Under the pieces are notes generated by a model. The model saw only the letters and a list, made by a program, of their open reading frames with translations, was not told the origin of the DNA and did no database searches. A stretch of 64,000 nt of DNA from Eubacteriales bacterium (GTDB taxonomy: Bacteria; Bacillota; Clostridia; Christensenellales; CAG-917), in assembly GCA_035449045.1 (NCBI GenBank), contig DAOTKC010000004.1, positions 4,414 to 68,413 on the forward strand, in the 5' to 3' direction. The translations under genes and the position numbers were made by a program. Every line of letters begins with the position of its first letter. Position 1 is the first letter of the stretch. Of this stretch, positions 54,224-63,191 are shown piece after piece.

Positions 54224-55768
54224 TTATTGCGTCAGGAAGGGAAACTCCGGTTCTACTGCTTTTCCGTGGGGCCGCCGCTCGCCCACTATCGGCGCGGCGG
54301 CTCCCAGCACTACGTAGCCCTTTATAAAAGCATTGAAAATCGGCGCGGCGGCGCCGCGGCAGCGCGAATCAAAACATTTCATTAAATCGGCGCTCGTCGC
54401 CGTTTTGAATTTATTGTCGCGGTAAAAGTCGGAAAGCGCGTTCAAAAACTGCTTTTCGCCCACGATTTCATAGACGCTTTGAAACATGAGCGCACTTTTC
54501 ATGTAGCAAATCATGATATATTCGCCCTCGGAGATAAACTCGCCGAGCGGACGCTTCATATCGCTTTTGGCGGGCGCCAGCGCCGCCATATAGACGTTGT
54601 AGCTCGAGAGCGCGGCGTCCATCATGCGCTCGTAGGTTTGAGCGGCGCCGCTTCGTTTAAAGTAGAGCGCGACGGAGAAGTCGGAGAGGCCTTCGTCGAG
54701 CCAGGCCTCGGCAATTTGGTTGGTGCCGACGCCGATATACCACCACTGGTGCGCCACCTCGTGAACCAGCGTCTGAGTCTGCGCTTCGCCCGAAAGCGAA
54801 TCGGCGATATAAGCCATCGAGCCGTATTCCATGCCGCCCGCGTAAAGCTCGGTTTCGGCGAAGGTGAAAGAGTCGAAAGGGTATTCTCCGAAAGCCTCCG
54901 AAAACGCCGAAATTGCCGAAACAGCGGTTTTAAGTGTCGTTTTGTGCGCTTCATCATCGAGATAGAAGTAATTTACGTCAATTCCGTTTATTCTGTCGCT
55001 CGCCGACTTAAAGTTTTTTGAAAGCACGACGGCGACGTCGCGGTGCGATTTCGCTTCGATTTCCAGCGTGCGGAGACCGTTTTCAAAATAGCCCGAAGCC
55101 TCGCGGCCGGAGTGCGCCGCTTGGTATTCCTCGGGGAAGGTGAGAGTTAAGTAATAGTCGGCGCATTCCGAGAAAAACGGGTCGCCGAAAGAATAATAAG
55201 GCTCGCAAACAAAGCGGCCGCTCTCAAACACCGCGGCTATCGGGTAAAAGTTGCCGAGGTTGACAGTCGTTTTGGTTATGCCCATTCGCGCCGCGCATTC
55301 GGGGAGCGTAACCGTGTATTCCATATTGATGTAGACCTCGGCGTTGTTTTTCAAAAGAGAGGGAAGCGTCACGGTGAGAGTGTTTTGGTCGGCTCCTCCG
55401 ATTTTATAGTCGGCCGCCTTGCTCCCGACCGAAACCGAAGAAAACTCCACGCCGCCGTAGCTTTCGCCGTTATAGTAGCTCGCCTTTTTATATTTTGGCG
55501 AAACGGCGGGGTAGGCGGCGTCCTTTCTGAAGGCGTTTTGGGGAAGGTTGAAGCAGACCTCGGACAGGTGCCCGCCCGTTCGGTTTATGTAGACGACCTC
55601 CTGGCTGCATTTGAGCGTCTTTGCCTCCGGGTCGAACACCGCGGCAATGTCGTAGACCGTCCGGGCGTCGGCGCCGATGTCGAATGATTTTTTAGAGCAA
55701 GCCGAAAGAAGGACGACTACAACCAAGAAAAGCATGACAAGCGTCAAAATTATTTTTGTTTTTTTCAT
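54224..55768 (-). CDS. M1-family zinc metallopeptidase lipoprotein
   Basis: Lipobox VVVLLSAC. HEVAHQWWY...WLDEGLS (HExxH-x18-E). Confidence 0.8.
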   Translation of the reverse strand: MKKTKIILTLVMLFLVVVVLLSACSKKSFDIGADARTVYDIAAVFDPEAKTLKCSQEVVYINRTGGHLSEVCFNLPQNAFRKDAAYPAVSPKYKKASYYNGESYGGVEFSSVSVGSKAADYKIGGADQNTLTVTLPSLLKNNAEVYINMEYTVTLPECAARMGITKTTVNLGNFYPIAAVFESGRFVCEPYYSFGDPFFSECADYYLTLTFPEEYQAAHSGREASGYFENGLRTLEIEAKSHRDVAVVLSKNFKSASDRINGIDVNYFYLDDEAHKTTLKTAVSAISAFSEAFGEYPFDSFTFAETELYAGGMEYGSMAYIADSLSGEAQTQTLVHEVAHQWWYIGVGTNQIAEAWLDEGLSDFSVALYFKRSGAAQTYERMMDAALSSYNVYMAALAPAKSDMKRPLGEFISEGEYIMICYMKSALMFQSVYEIVGEKQFLNALSDFYRDNKFKTATSADLMKCFDSRCRGAAAPIFNAFIKGYVVLGAAAPIVGERRPHGKAVEPEFPFLTQ

Positions 55769-55879
55769 ATATTAACCTCGCAAAAAAACCATAATTATAA
55801 TGAATACTATGTGATAGCGCGCGCGAATATAACGCATTTGGGCGGTTTGGCGCGCCTTCAGGCTTAAACCGAGGTTAAA

Positions 55880-56677
55880 ATGAAAAAAACGGTCTTAATA
55901 GTGGGCGGCTCGTCGGGAATAGGTCGCGCGACGGCGCGGGAGTATCTCAGGCGCGGAGATTTCGTCTACAACGCCTCGCGCTCGCCCTGCCTCGATACGG
56001 GCGTGGTCAATTTCGAGGTCAATGTCGCCTATCCCGATACGCTGGCGGAGGCGGTCGCTCAAATTTTAAAAGAGCGCGGCAAAATTGACGTCTTCGTTTA
56101 TTCGGCGGGATACTCGGCGATGGCGCCGCTTGAATTTTCCGAGGAGTCCGACTCGAGGTATCTTTTCGAGGTCAACTATTGGGGCTTTGTTGCCGCGGTA
56201 AAAACGGTGCTTCCTATAATGAAGCAGCAGGGCGGCGGCAGAATAGTGGCGGTGTCCTCGCTGGGCGGAGTCCTCCCGATTCCCTTTGAGCACGCCTATT
56301 CGGCGTCCAAGGCGGCGCTCAACGCCTTTGTCCGCGACCTAAATTTAGAGCTTCGCCCCTTCAATATAAGAGTAACCGGCGTCATGCCCGGCGGCACCAA
56401 AACGCCCTTCACCAAAAAGCGCAAGACGATTCCGCCCGAAGAGAGCGGCTACTACGGCGAAAGCTACGCCCGCGCCGTCAAAAAGCTTGCCAGAGTCGAG
56501 CAGGGCGGCATGAACGCCGCGAGGGTGGGGCGAGCAATCGCCAAAAAGGCGGCCCGCCGCCGCCCGCCCATTATATTCGCGCCCGGCCTCCGCAACAAAC
56601 TTGCCTCCGCCGCCTCCCGACTTCTCCCCTACAAACTGCAATCTGCCTTCATCCGCACTAAATTCGGCCTCAAATAA
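55880..56677 (+). CDS. SDR family oxidoreductase
   Basis: KTVLIVGGSSGIGRATA, YSASKAAL. Confidence 0.85.
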   Translation: MKKTVLIVGGSSGIGRATAREYLRRGDFVYNASRSPCLDTGVVNFEVNVAYPDTLAEAVAQILKERGKIDVFVYSAGYSAMAPLEFSEESDSRYLFEVNYWGFVAAVKTVLPIMKQQGGGRIVAVSSLGGVLPIPFEHAYSASKAALNAFVRDLNLELRPFNIRVTGVMPGGTKTPFTKKRKTIPPEESGYYGESYARAVKKLARVEQGGMNAARVGRAIAKKAARRRPPIIFAPGLRNKLASAASRLLPYKLQSAFIRTKFGLK

Positions 56678-56694
56678 TCAATAACCCCAAAACA

Positions 56695-56725
56695 CAAAAA
56701 AACCGTAGGTGACTACGGTTTTTTA
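56695..56725. terminator. bidirectional terminator between the SDR gene and the glutamate synthase operon
   Basis: AAAAAAACCGTAG-GTGA-CTACGGTTTTTT. Confidence 0.8.
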
Positions 56726-56844
56726 TGCTTCATCCCGATTCGCGGTTAGAAATTTTCAGAATGTTTGATTTATAAAAGGGAATAAGTTTAATAAGAAAAA
56801 AAATCTACAAGCCGAGATTAAGATTTGAGGTTTAGCCAAAAAAA

Positions 56845-57573
56845 TCAGTTCAGCACGTAGAGCTGTTTGTAGGGGTTTCTTGCGTTGGGGCGCAAAACAA
56901 AGAAATGGGAAGAAAGAATTTCCTCGGGTTTGAGATTAAACAAAGCAAAGTATTCGGATAAGAGAGATTCAAGGTAAAAAATATCATCTTTGCCTGCATC
57001 AAAAACCGATACTTGCTTGGGAAGATTGGGAGGGAGGACGTCGGTTCTTAAATAGATTACACCGCCGTGCATACCCGTTCCGGTGAAGTTGCCCGCCACC
57101 GTTCCGTCTATGCCCAGTCCCAAAACCACTATCGTTCCGCCCGCCAGATATTCACCCAAAAACGAGCCTGTCTTACCTCCGATTACGATTAAAGGTTTCT
57201 TGTCGGCGTATTCTTTGATATGAACGCCCGTTCTGTATCCGCTGTTTTCTTTAACGTAGATTTTTCCGCCGCGCATCGAATAGCCCAAAGCGTCTCCGAC
57301 GGAGCCGTGTATGATAATATTGCCCTCGTTCATGGTATCTCCGACGGCGTCCTGAGCATTTCCTTTAACGGATATCTTTCCACCGTCAAGGTAAGCCCCC
57401 AAGGCGTTGCCGGGAGTCCCCGAGATTTCGACGTCGATATCCTTCATTCCGCTTCCGATAAACCTTTGTCCCAGGATTCCCGTTAAGGCAACGTTTGAAG
57501 TTCTCGGAACTCTTAAAAGAGAGTTAATCTCTTTTGAAGAAAGGGAAGAGCAATTGATAATTTGTTTTTCCAT
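56845..57573 (-). CDS. glutamate synthase GXGXG-domain protein (GltB C-terminal-domain homolog)
   Basis: Repetitive beta-helix pattern G..G..LG..M.GG.I.V.G.AGD. ATG at 57573 behind AAGGAAA. Last gene of the three-gene set. Confidence 0.8.
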   Translation of the reverse strand: MEKQIINCSSLSSKEINSLLRVPRTSNVALTGILGQRFIGSGMKDIDVEISGTPGNALGAYLDGGKISVKGNAQDAVGDTMNEGNIIIHGSVGDALGYSMRGGKIYVKENSGYRTGVHIKEYADKKPLIVIGGKTGSFLGEYLAGGTIVVLGLGIDGTVAGNFTGTGMHGGVIYLRTDVLPPNLPKQVSVFDAGKDDIFYLESLLSEYFALFNLKPEEILSSHFFVLRPNARNPYKQLYVLN

Positions 57574-57599
57574 AGTATTTCCTTTTGACAATCGGTCGG

Positions 57600-59105
57600 C
57601 TATTCTCCCGCATGCATAATTCCCAAAATTTCAAGCTCTTTTTCCGTCATTCCTATGCCGCGCAGCATCAACCTGTTTCCTTTCAGCGCTTCAACCGAGT
57701 TTATTCCCATTCCGCCCATCATTTCCTGAAGTTCTCGCTTCCATGCGGTAATCAGATTGACCAGCCTTTCTTTTGCGGTCTCGGCATGCAATCTTGAAAC
57801 GAGTTTGTCATTTTGGGTGGCTATTCCCCAGTTGCATTTGCCGCTGTGGCAGCTTCTGCAAAGATGGCATCCCATCGCGAGAAGAGCCGCCGTGCCAATA
57901 TATACCGCATCCGCTCCGAGAGCTATTGCTTTTACTAAGTCGGCGCTGTTTCTGACGGAGCCGGCGACCACTAAAGACACCCGATTGCGGATTCCTTCCT
58001 CTCTCAGTCTCATGTCGACGGAGGACAGCGCCGGTTCAATGGGTATTCCCACGTTATCTCTTATTCTGGTAGGCGCCGCGCCCGTTCCGCCGCGGTATCC
58101 GTCGATTGCGATGATATCGGCACCCGAACGGGCTATTCCGCTGGCGATAGCCGCCACGTTATGAACAGCGGCAACCTTAACTATGACGGGTTTTTTGTAA
58201 TCCACCGCTTCTTTGATGGAAAACACCAGTTGGCGCAAATCTTCTATCGAGTATATATCGTGATGAGGAGCGGGCGAAATAGCGTCGGTGCCTTCGGGAA
58301 TCATTCTGGTCTCCGAAATGGCCGCTTTAACCTTCTCGCCGGGCAAGTGCCCTCCGATTCCGGGCTTGGCTCCCTGCCCGATTTTTATTTCTATTGCCGC
58401 CGCGTTGGAAAAATACTCCGTCTGAACTCCGAAGCGGCCGGACGCCACTTGAACTATGGTGTTTTTCCCATATTCATAAAAGTCTTTATAAAGCCCGCCT
58501 TCTCCGGTATTGTAGTAAATGCCGAGCTCTTTAGAGGCTTTAGCGAGGGCTTCGTGAGCATTATAGGAAATAGACCCGTAACTCATGGCGGAGAACATAA
58601 CGGGTATTTTCAAAGGAAGATAAACCGGAGTGTTGATTATAAGAGAACCATTCGGGTTTCGTTCGATTTTATCCGGCTTACCCCCGAGGAATACCCTTGT
58701 TTCCATGGGCTCTCTGAGCGGGTCTATCGAAGGGTTGGTTACTTGGGAGGCGTTTAGCAATATGCGGTCGAAATAGGTAGGATATTCTTCGGGGTTTCCC
58801 ATGCTCGAGAGAAGAACGCCGCCGCTTCCCGCTTGAAGATACAATTCCTTGATTGTCTTTTGAGACCAGTTAAAATTGTCCCTGAAGCAGTCGTCGCTCC
58901 TTACAATCTTTAGGGCGCGTTCGGGACAGGTGGCTACGCATCTGTGGCAATTAACGCACTGCGATTCGTCCGACAATATTCTGCTTCTACTATCGTTAAA
59001 GCGATGGACTCCGTTGCTACACTGCGCGACACAAACCCCGCAGACGGTGCAGCGAGTGTCGTTTCTGACTATTTCAAAACTTGGATAAATGAAATTAACC
59101 GGCAT
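57600..59105 (-). CDS. glutamate synthase FMN-binding domain protein with an N-terminal 2x[4Fe-4S] ferredoxin module
   Basis: CTVCGVCVAQC and CVNCHRCVATCP. GQGAKPGIGGHLPG, SPAPHHDIYSIEDL, C-terminal cluster CHLCRSCHSGKC. Confidence 0.85.
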   Translation of the reverse strand: MPVNFIYPSFEIVRNDTRCTVCGVCVAQCSNGVHRFNDSRSRILSDESQCVNCHRCVATCPERALKIVRSDDCFRDNFNWSQKTIKELYLQAGSGGVLLSSMGNPEEYPTYFDRILLNASQVTNPSIDPLREPMETRVFLGGKPDKIERNPNGSLIINTPVYLPLKIPVMFSAMSYGSISYNAHEALAKASKELGIYYNTGEGGLYKDFYEYGKNTIVQVASGRFGVQTEYFSNAAAIEIKIGQGAKPGIGGHLPGEKVKAAISETRMIPEGTDAISPAPHHDIYSIEDLRQLVFSIKEAVDYKKPVIVKVAAVHNVAAIASGIARSGADIIAIDGYRGGTGAAPTRIRDNVGIPIEPALSSVDMRLREEGIRNRVSLVVAGSVRNSADLVKAIALGADAVYIGTAALLAMGCHLCRSCHSGKCNWGIATQNDKLVSRLHAETAKERLVNLITAWKRELQEMMGGMGINSVEALKGNRLMLRGIGMTEKELEILGIMHAGE

Positions 59106-59163
59106 TTTTTTCTTTAGTTTCCCTTATTGTATCTGTTTGGTTATATCTATTGAGGTTAATGAC

Positions 59164-60258
59164 CTAGAGGGCGTCGGCATTATTAACCCTTATTACCACC
59201 GCTTCTCCTCCCATGGGAGAATATACCGAGTCTAAAGCGGGTTCAACCATTCTGACCGCCGCTTCTTCTGAGGAAATATAAACTCTGTCGCCCTTTTCCG
59301 CGACTATCATAGAGCGAAGCTTAAGGCGGTCGTTGAGCGCCATAACCCCTCCCGTAAACCCTACGATTATCGAGAAAGGTCCGGTAATCAATTCGCTGGG
59401 GAAAGTCTGCCTTAAATACGTCGCAACCTTTCTTCTGTCCTTGGGCATCGCTTCGATTGTTTTCCAGAAGGGCGCCGCGAATATGCCGGCAATTTCCGAC
59501 ATATCCAGCCCGACTTTTCTGTTTAAGTAGTCCACCATGTAGGTGATTACTTCGGTATCGGTCTTAAGAGTGCATTTATATCCCTGCATTTCCATCGACT
59601 GTCTGTTGGTGTCGTAACTGGATATTTCTCCGTTGTGAACGGTGGTGTAGTCCAAGAGCGCAAAAGGATGAGCTCCGCCCCACCATCCCGGGCTGTTGGT
59701 CGGATATCTTCCGTGTCCGGTAAAACAATATCCCTCGTATTCGTCGAGCAAATAAAAACGGCCTACGTCCTCGGGATATCCCACTGCCTTAAACACGCCC
59801 ATATTTTTGCCGGACGAAAAAATCTGAGCGCCGGCAACTTCGGAGTTGGTTTTCAGCACGAATCTTGCCACGAACTCCCTTTCGTCTGACTGGCTGTCCG
59901 CTAGTCTAGTCGGGAGAGGATATACGAAGTATCGCCAAATAAGAGGCTCGTTGGTTATCTCGGGAATTTTTTTCGTCGGGATTTTGGAAAGGTTGATGAT
60001 GTCAAAAGACTCTTCGAGCAGCTTTTCGAAAACATATTTTGCATCCCTCGAGTCATAAAAAACGTGGAGGGCATAGTAGTCTTTATACTCGGGGTATATT
60101 CCGTAGCCCGCAAAGCCGCCGCCGAGGCCGTTGCTCCGGTCTCTCATGACGGAAAGGATTTTGACTATCTCGCCGCCGTTAATCTTGCCTCCGGATTTGG
60201 AGATTATGCCGGCTACCGCGCAGCCGGCCAGTATTCTTATTTCACCTTCTTTCTTCAT
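59164..60258 (-). CDS. class II glutamine amidotransferase domain protein (GltB N-terminal-domain homolog)
   Basis: MKKEGEIRILAG-CAVAGIIS: the nucleophile Cys follows a 12-residue presumptive propeptide. HGRYPTNS, HNGEISSY. Confidence 0.8.
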   Translation of the reverse strand: MKKEGEIRILAGCAVAGIISKSGGKINGGEIVKILSVMRDRSNGLGGGFAGYGIYPEYKDYYALHVFYDSRDAKYVFEKLLEESFDIINLSKIPTKKIPEITNEPLIWRYFVYPLPTRLADSQSDEREFVARFVLKTNSEVAGAQIFSSGKNMGVFKAVGYPEDVGRFYLLDEYEGYCFTGHGRYPTNSPGWWGGAHPFALLDYTTVHNGEISSYDTNRQSMEMQGYKCTLKTDTEVITYMVDYLNRKVGLDMSEIAGIFAAPFWKTIEAMPKDRRKVATYLRQTFPSELITGPFSIIVGFTGGVMALNDRLKLRSMIVAEKGDRVYISSEEAAVRMVEPALDSVYSPMGGEAVVIRVNNADAL

Positions 60259-60512
60259 ATTGCTCCCAAAAACAAAAAGAACGCCATCGGAAAAAACCGA
60301 TAGCGCCTTTGCTATTTACAAAATAATACAAGGGAAAGAAAACCGTGTCAACAATTTTTTATCTAAGACGAAAAGACAAGGCTATTAACTCGAGGTAATA
60401 GCAGAGGTCGTGTCAAGGCTGCTCGCAGATTGGCGACGAGTTATATGCAATAGCAACGCATAATCGAAAACTTGTGCCAAATTATGCAATGCGGAAAACC
60501 TTTGATAAAAAT

Positions 60513-60541
60513 TTGATTTATATCGGGCGTTAGGCTATAAT
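60513..60541 (+). promoter_or_regulatory. predicted proS promoter: TTGATT-17-TATAAT
   Basis: TTGATT at 60513-60518; TATAAT at 60536-60541. The leader is short and there is no room for a T-box. Confidence 0.55.
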
Positions 60542-60571
60542 ATTAGGCAATATTGATTGCGAGGTTTTACT

Positions 60572-62296
60572 ATGCTGCTTTCCAAGCTGGTGGGCGAACG
60601 GATAAAAGAGACTCCCTCCGACGTAAAAATAAAGAGCCACGCGCTGCTTCTTCGTGCGGGATTTATTAAACCCGTTGCCAACGGCATTTTCTCGCTGACC
60701 ATGCCCGGCCAGCTTATGGTGCAAAATATTGAAGCCATAATCCGCGACGAAATGAACAAAATCGACGGTCAAGAGGTCAAGTTTCCCGTCGTCATGCCGC
60801 GCGAGCTTTGGGAAAGTTCGGGGCGCTACAACACCATCGGAAGCGAGATGGCGCGCTTCAAAGACAGAAACGGCAAGGACATGCTTTTGGGAATGACGCA
60901 CGAGGAGGCCGCCGTTCACCTCGTCAAAAACACCGTGTCGAGCTATAATCAGCTCCCATTCATGATTTATCAAATTCAAACCAAGTTCCGCGACGAGCCG
61001 CGTTGCCGCGGCGGGCTTATCCGCGTCCGCGAATTCACGATGAAGGACGCCTACTCCTTCCACATGACGCGCGAATGTTTGGAAAAATACTATGACAAAT
61101 GCCACACCGCCTACGAAAATATATTCAGGCGGATAGGCTTGAAGCGCTTCATTTCCGTCAAGTCCGACAGCGGCATGATGGGCGGCAGTATAGCGCACGA
61201 GTTCATGCTTTTATCGAAAGCGGGCGAGGATACTATCGCCATCTGCGAAAAGTGCGGCTACCGTGCCAACCTCGAAGTCGCGACCGCCGTCCGTCCGTCC
61301 GTCGATTTCGGCGCCGGCGTCGAAACCGCCCAAGAGGTCTTTACCGGCGACGCCAAGGAGATTGCCGAGGTGGCAGAGTATCTCGGTGTGCCCGCTTATC
61401 GCACGATAAAGGCGGTAGTATTCGCGGCAAAAGGCGAAAAAGGTATTATTTTAGCCTTCATAAGAGGCGACCTCGAGATAAACGAGGCCAAACTCAGAAA
61501 GGCGTCGGGCAAAAACATCATCCCATGGGACGGCGGCGGCGAAGAGGGGCTTTTTGCGGGCAACATCGGGCCGATGGGTTTAAGCGGCAATATCGAGGTT
61601 TATTTCGACGAATCCTTGCGCGGCGCTTTCAACATGGTGGCGGGCGCCAACCGCGCGGACTATCATATTAAGGGCGTCAAAGTCGGCCGTGACTTTGCGC
61701 CCAAGACCTTCGTGGAAATCGCCAAAGTGCGGGAGGGCGACTTTTGTCCGGTCTGCGGCGCGCCGCTCACGCTTGAAAACGGCATAGAAATCGGCAATAT
61801 CTTCCAGCTCGGCACAAAATACACAGAGGCAATGGATATGACGGTCTTGAACGAAAAAGGCGCCGCCGTCCATCCCATAATGGGTTGCTACGGCATCGGG
61901 GTGGGACGCGCCGTCGCCGCCGTAGCCGAAGAGAGCAACGACGATTTCGGCATGATTCTGCCCATGACCGTCGCACCCTTCAAGGTGCATATCACCGCGC
62001 TCAGAATAGACGATGCGGCCGTGGAAAAAGCGGCGTTTGCCCTCTGCGAAAACCTCAAGGCGGCGGGTGTCAGCGTCATTTTAGACGACAGAACGAACGT
62101 ATCGAACGGCGTCAAATTCGCCGACGCCGACCTTATGGGAATGCCCATTCGCGTCGTGGTAAGCCCGCGTTCAGTGGCCGCCGGCGAGATTGAAATCGTG
62201 ATGCGTAAAAACAAGAATACGACAAAATGCGAGCTTAATAGTGCCGTTTCGACGATAAAAACAATTATTTCGGACGAAATGCAAGCGCTTTCATAA
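60572..62296 (+). CDS. proS: proline--tRNA ligase (bacterial type with editing domain)
   Basis: HALLLRAGFIKPVANGIFSLTMPG, FRDEPRCRGGLIRVREFTMKDAYSF. ATG at 60572 behind GAGG. Confidence 0.95.
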   Translation: MLLSKLVGERIKETPSDVKIKSHALLLRAGFIKPVANGIFSLTMPGQLMVQNIEAIIRDEMNKIDGQEVKFPVVMPRELWESSGRYNTIGSEMARFKDRNGKDMLLGMTHEEAAVHLVKNTVSSYNQLPFMIYQIQTKFRDEPRCRGGLIRVREFTMKDAYSFHMTRECLEKYYDKCHTAYENIFRRIGLKRFISVKSDSGMMGGSIAHEFMLLSKAGEDTIAICEKCGYRANLEVATAVRPSVDFGAGVETAQEVFTGDAKEIAEVAEYLGVPAYRTIKAVVFAAKGEKGIILAFIRGDLEINEAKLRKASGKNIIPWDGGGEEGLFAGNIGPMGLSGNIEVYFDESLRGAFNMVAGANRADYHIKGVKVGRDFAPKTFVEIAKVREGDFCPVCGAPLTLENGIEIGNIFQLGTKYTEAMDMTVLNEKGAAVHPIMGCYGIGVGRAVAAVAEESNDDFGMILPMTVAPFKVHITALRIDDAAVEKAAFALCENLKAAGVSVILDDRTNVSNGVKFADADLMGMPIRVVVSPRSVAAGEIEIVMRKNKNTTKCELNSAVSTIKTIISDEMQALS

Positions 62297-62358
62297 TGGT
62301 AAACATAGGAAATTCATGAGACGAAATACTATACGCTGACTTCCGTTCCGATAAATAC

Positions 62359-62961
62359 GTGAGGCTTAGGGAGTCGCTTGTCGCCGAGTATAGGTCGGGC
62401 AAGGTCTATCCGCCCGCCGACATGATTTACCGTGCCTTGAAGCTGACGCCCTACGAAGAGGTCAAGGCCGTCATTTTGGGGCAGGATCCCTACCACGGTG
62501 CGGGGCAGGCGCACGGGCTTTGCTTTTCGGTGCCCGAAGGCATAGAATGCCCGCCCTCGCTCATCAACATTTTCAAAGAGCTGGAATCCGACCTGAAAAT
62601 CAGCGCGCCGCGCTCGGGCAACCTCGAGAAATGGGCGAAGGAAGGAGTGCTGCTTTTGAACGCCTCGCTGACGGTGCGCGCCGGCCAGCCTATGTCCCAC
62701 GCCAAGCTGGGCTGGGAGGCTTTGACCGACGCCATAATTTCTAAATTAAATTTAAGGAAGCAGCCGCTCGTCTTCATTCTTTGGGGTGCTTTCGCGAGAA
62801 GCAAAAAGATGCTCATCACCCTTCCCCATCATTTGATTTTGGAATCGGCGCATCCCTCGCCGCTCTCGGCGCACAACGGCTTTTTCGGCTCTCGGCCTTT
62901 TTCCAAGACCAACGATTTTCTCATTAAGAACAATATATTCCCCATTGACTGGCGCTTGTAG
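62359..62961 (+). CDS. ung: uracil-DNA glycosylase (family 1), short N-terminus, GTG start
   Basis: VILGQDPYHGAGQAHGLCFSV, HPSPLSA. An in-frame stop at 62317-62319 limits the ORF upstream. Confidence 0.88.
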   Translation: MRLRESLVAEYRSGKVYPPADMIYRALKLTPYEEVKAVILGQDPYHGAGQAHGLCFSVPEGIECPPSLINIFKELESDLKISAPRSGNLEKWAKEGVLLLNASLTVRAGQPMSHAKLGWEALTDAIISKLNLRKQPLVFILWGAFARSKKMLITLPHHLILESAHPSPLSAHNGFFGSRPFSKTNDFLIKNNIFPIDWRL

Positions 62962-63087
62962 TTATATGCCGCAAGAAGATATTTAGCCGCGCAATGAAAC
63001 TCCCTCCGCATTTTGTCTAGTGCTTTATATTGTCAGTAACCTTTTTCAAATAATGCGTTAAAAGATTGAATAAAAAGCAGTCGAATA

Positions 63088-63138
63088 ATGTTTCACAAAT
63101 GTTTCACAAGGCAAAAAATGTTTCACGAAATGTTTCAC
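63088..63138 (+). repeat. four direct copies of ATGTTTCAC (parS left half-site)
   Basis: Copies at 63088, 63099, 63118 and 63130. The last is part of the palindrome ATGTTTCACAAACAT. Confidence 0.8.
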
Positions 63139-63162
63139 AAACATTATCTATCATGTTATAAT
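63134..63162 (+). promoter_or_regulatory. predicted parB-like promoter: TTCACA-17-(TGt)TATAAT
   Basis: TTCACA at 63134-63139 lies inside half-site repeat 4. TATAAT at 63157-63162 has an extended -10 TG. Confidence 0.5.
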
Positions 63163-63191
63163 CATTCTAGCAAGTTTCTAAGGAGGAAAAT

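Noticed and set aside
60259-60571. T-box or other riboswitch leader upstream of proS; likewise upstream of gltX (51972-52114) and argS
   Set aside because: I found no T-box consensus (no GGTGGTACCGCG-like element) and no specifier/antiterminator architecture. The predicted proS promoter leaves only an ~25-nt leader, and the gltX and argS upstream spacers are too short.
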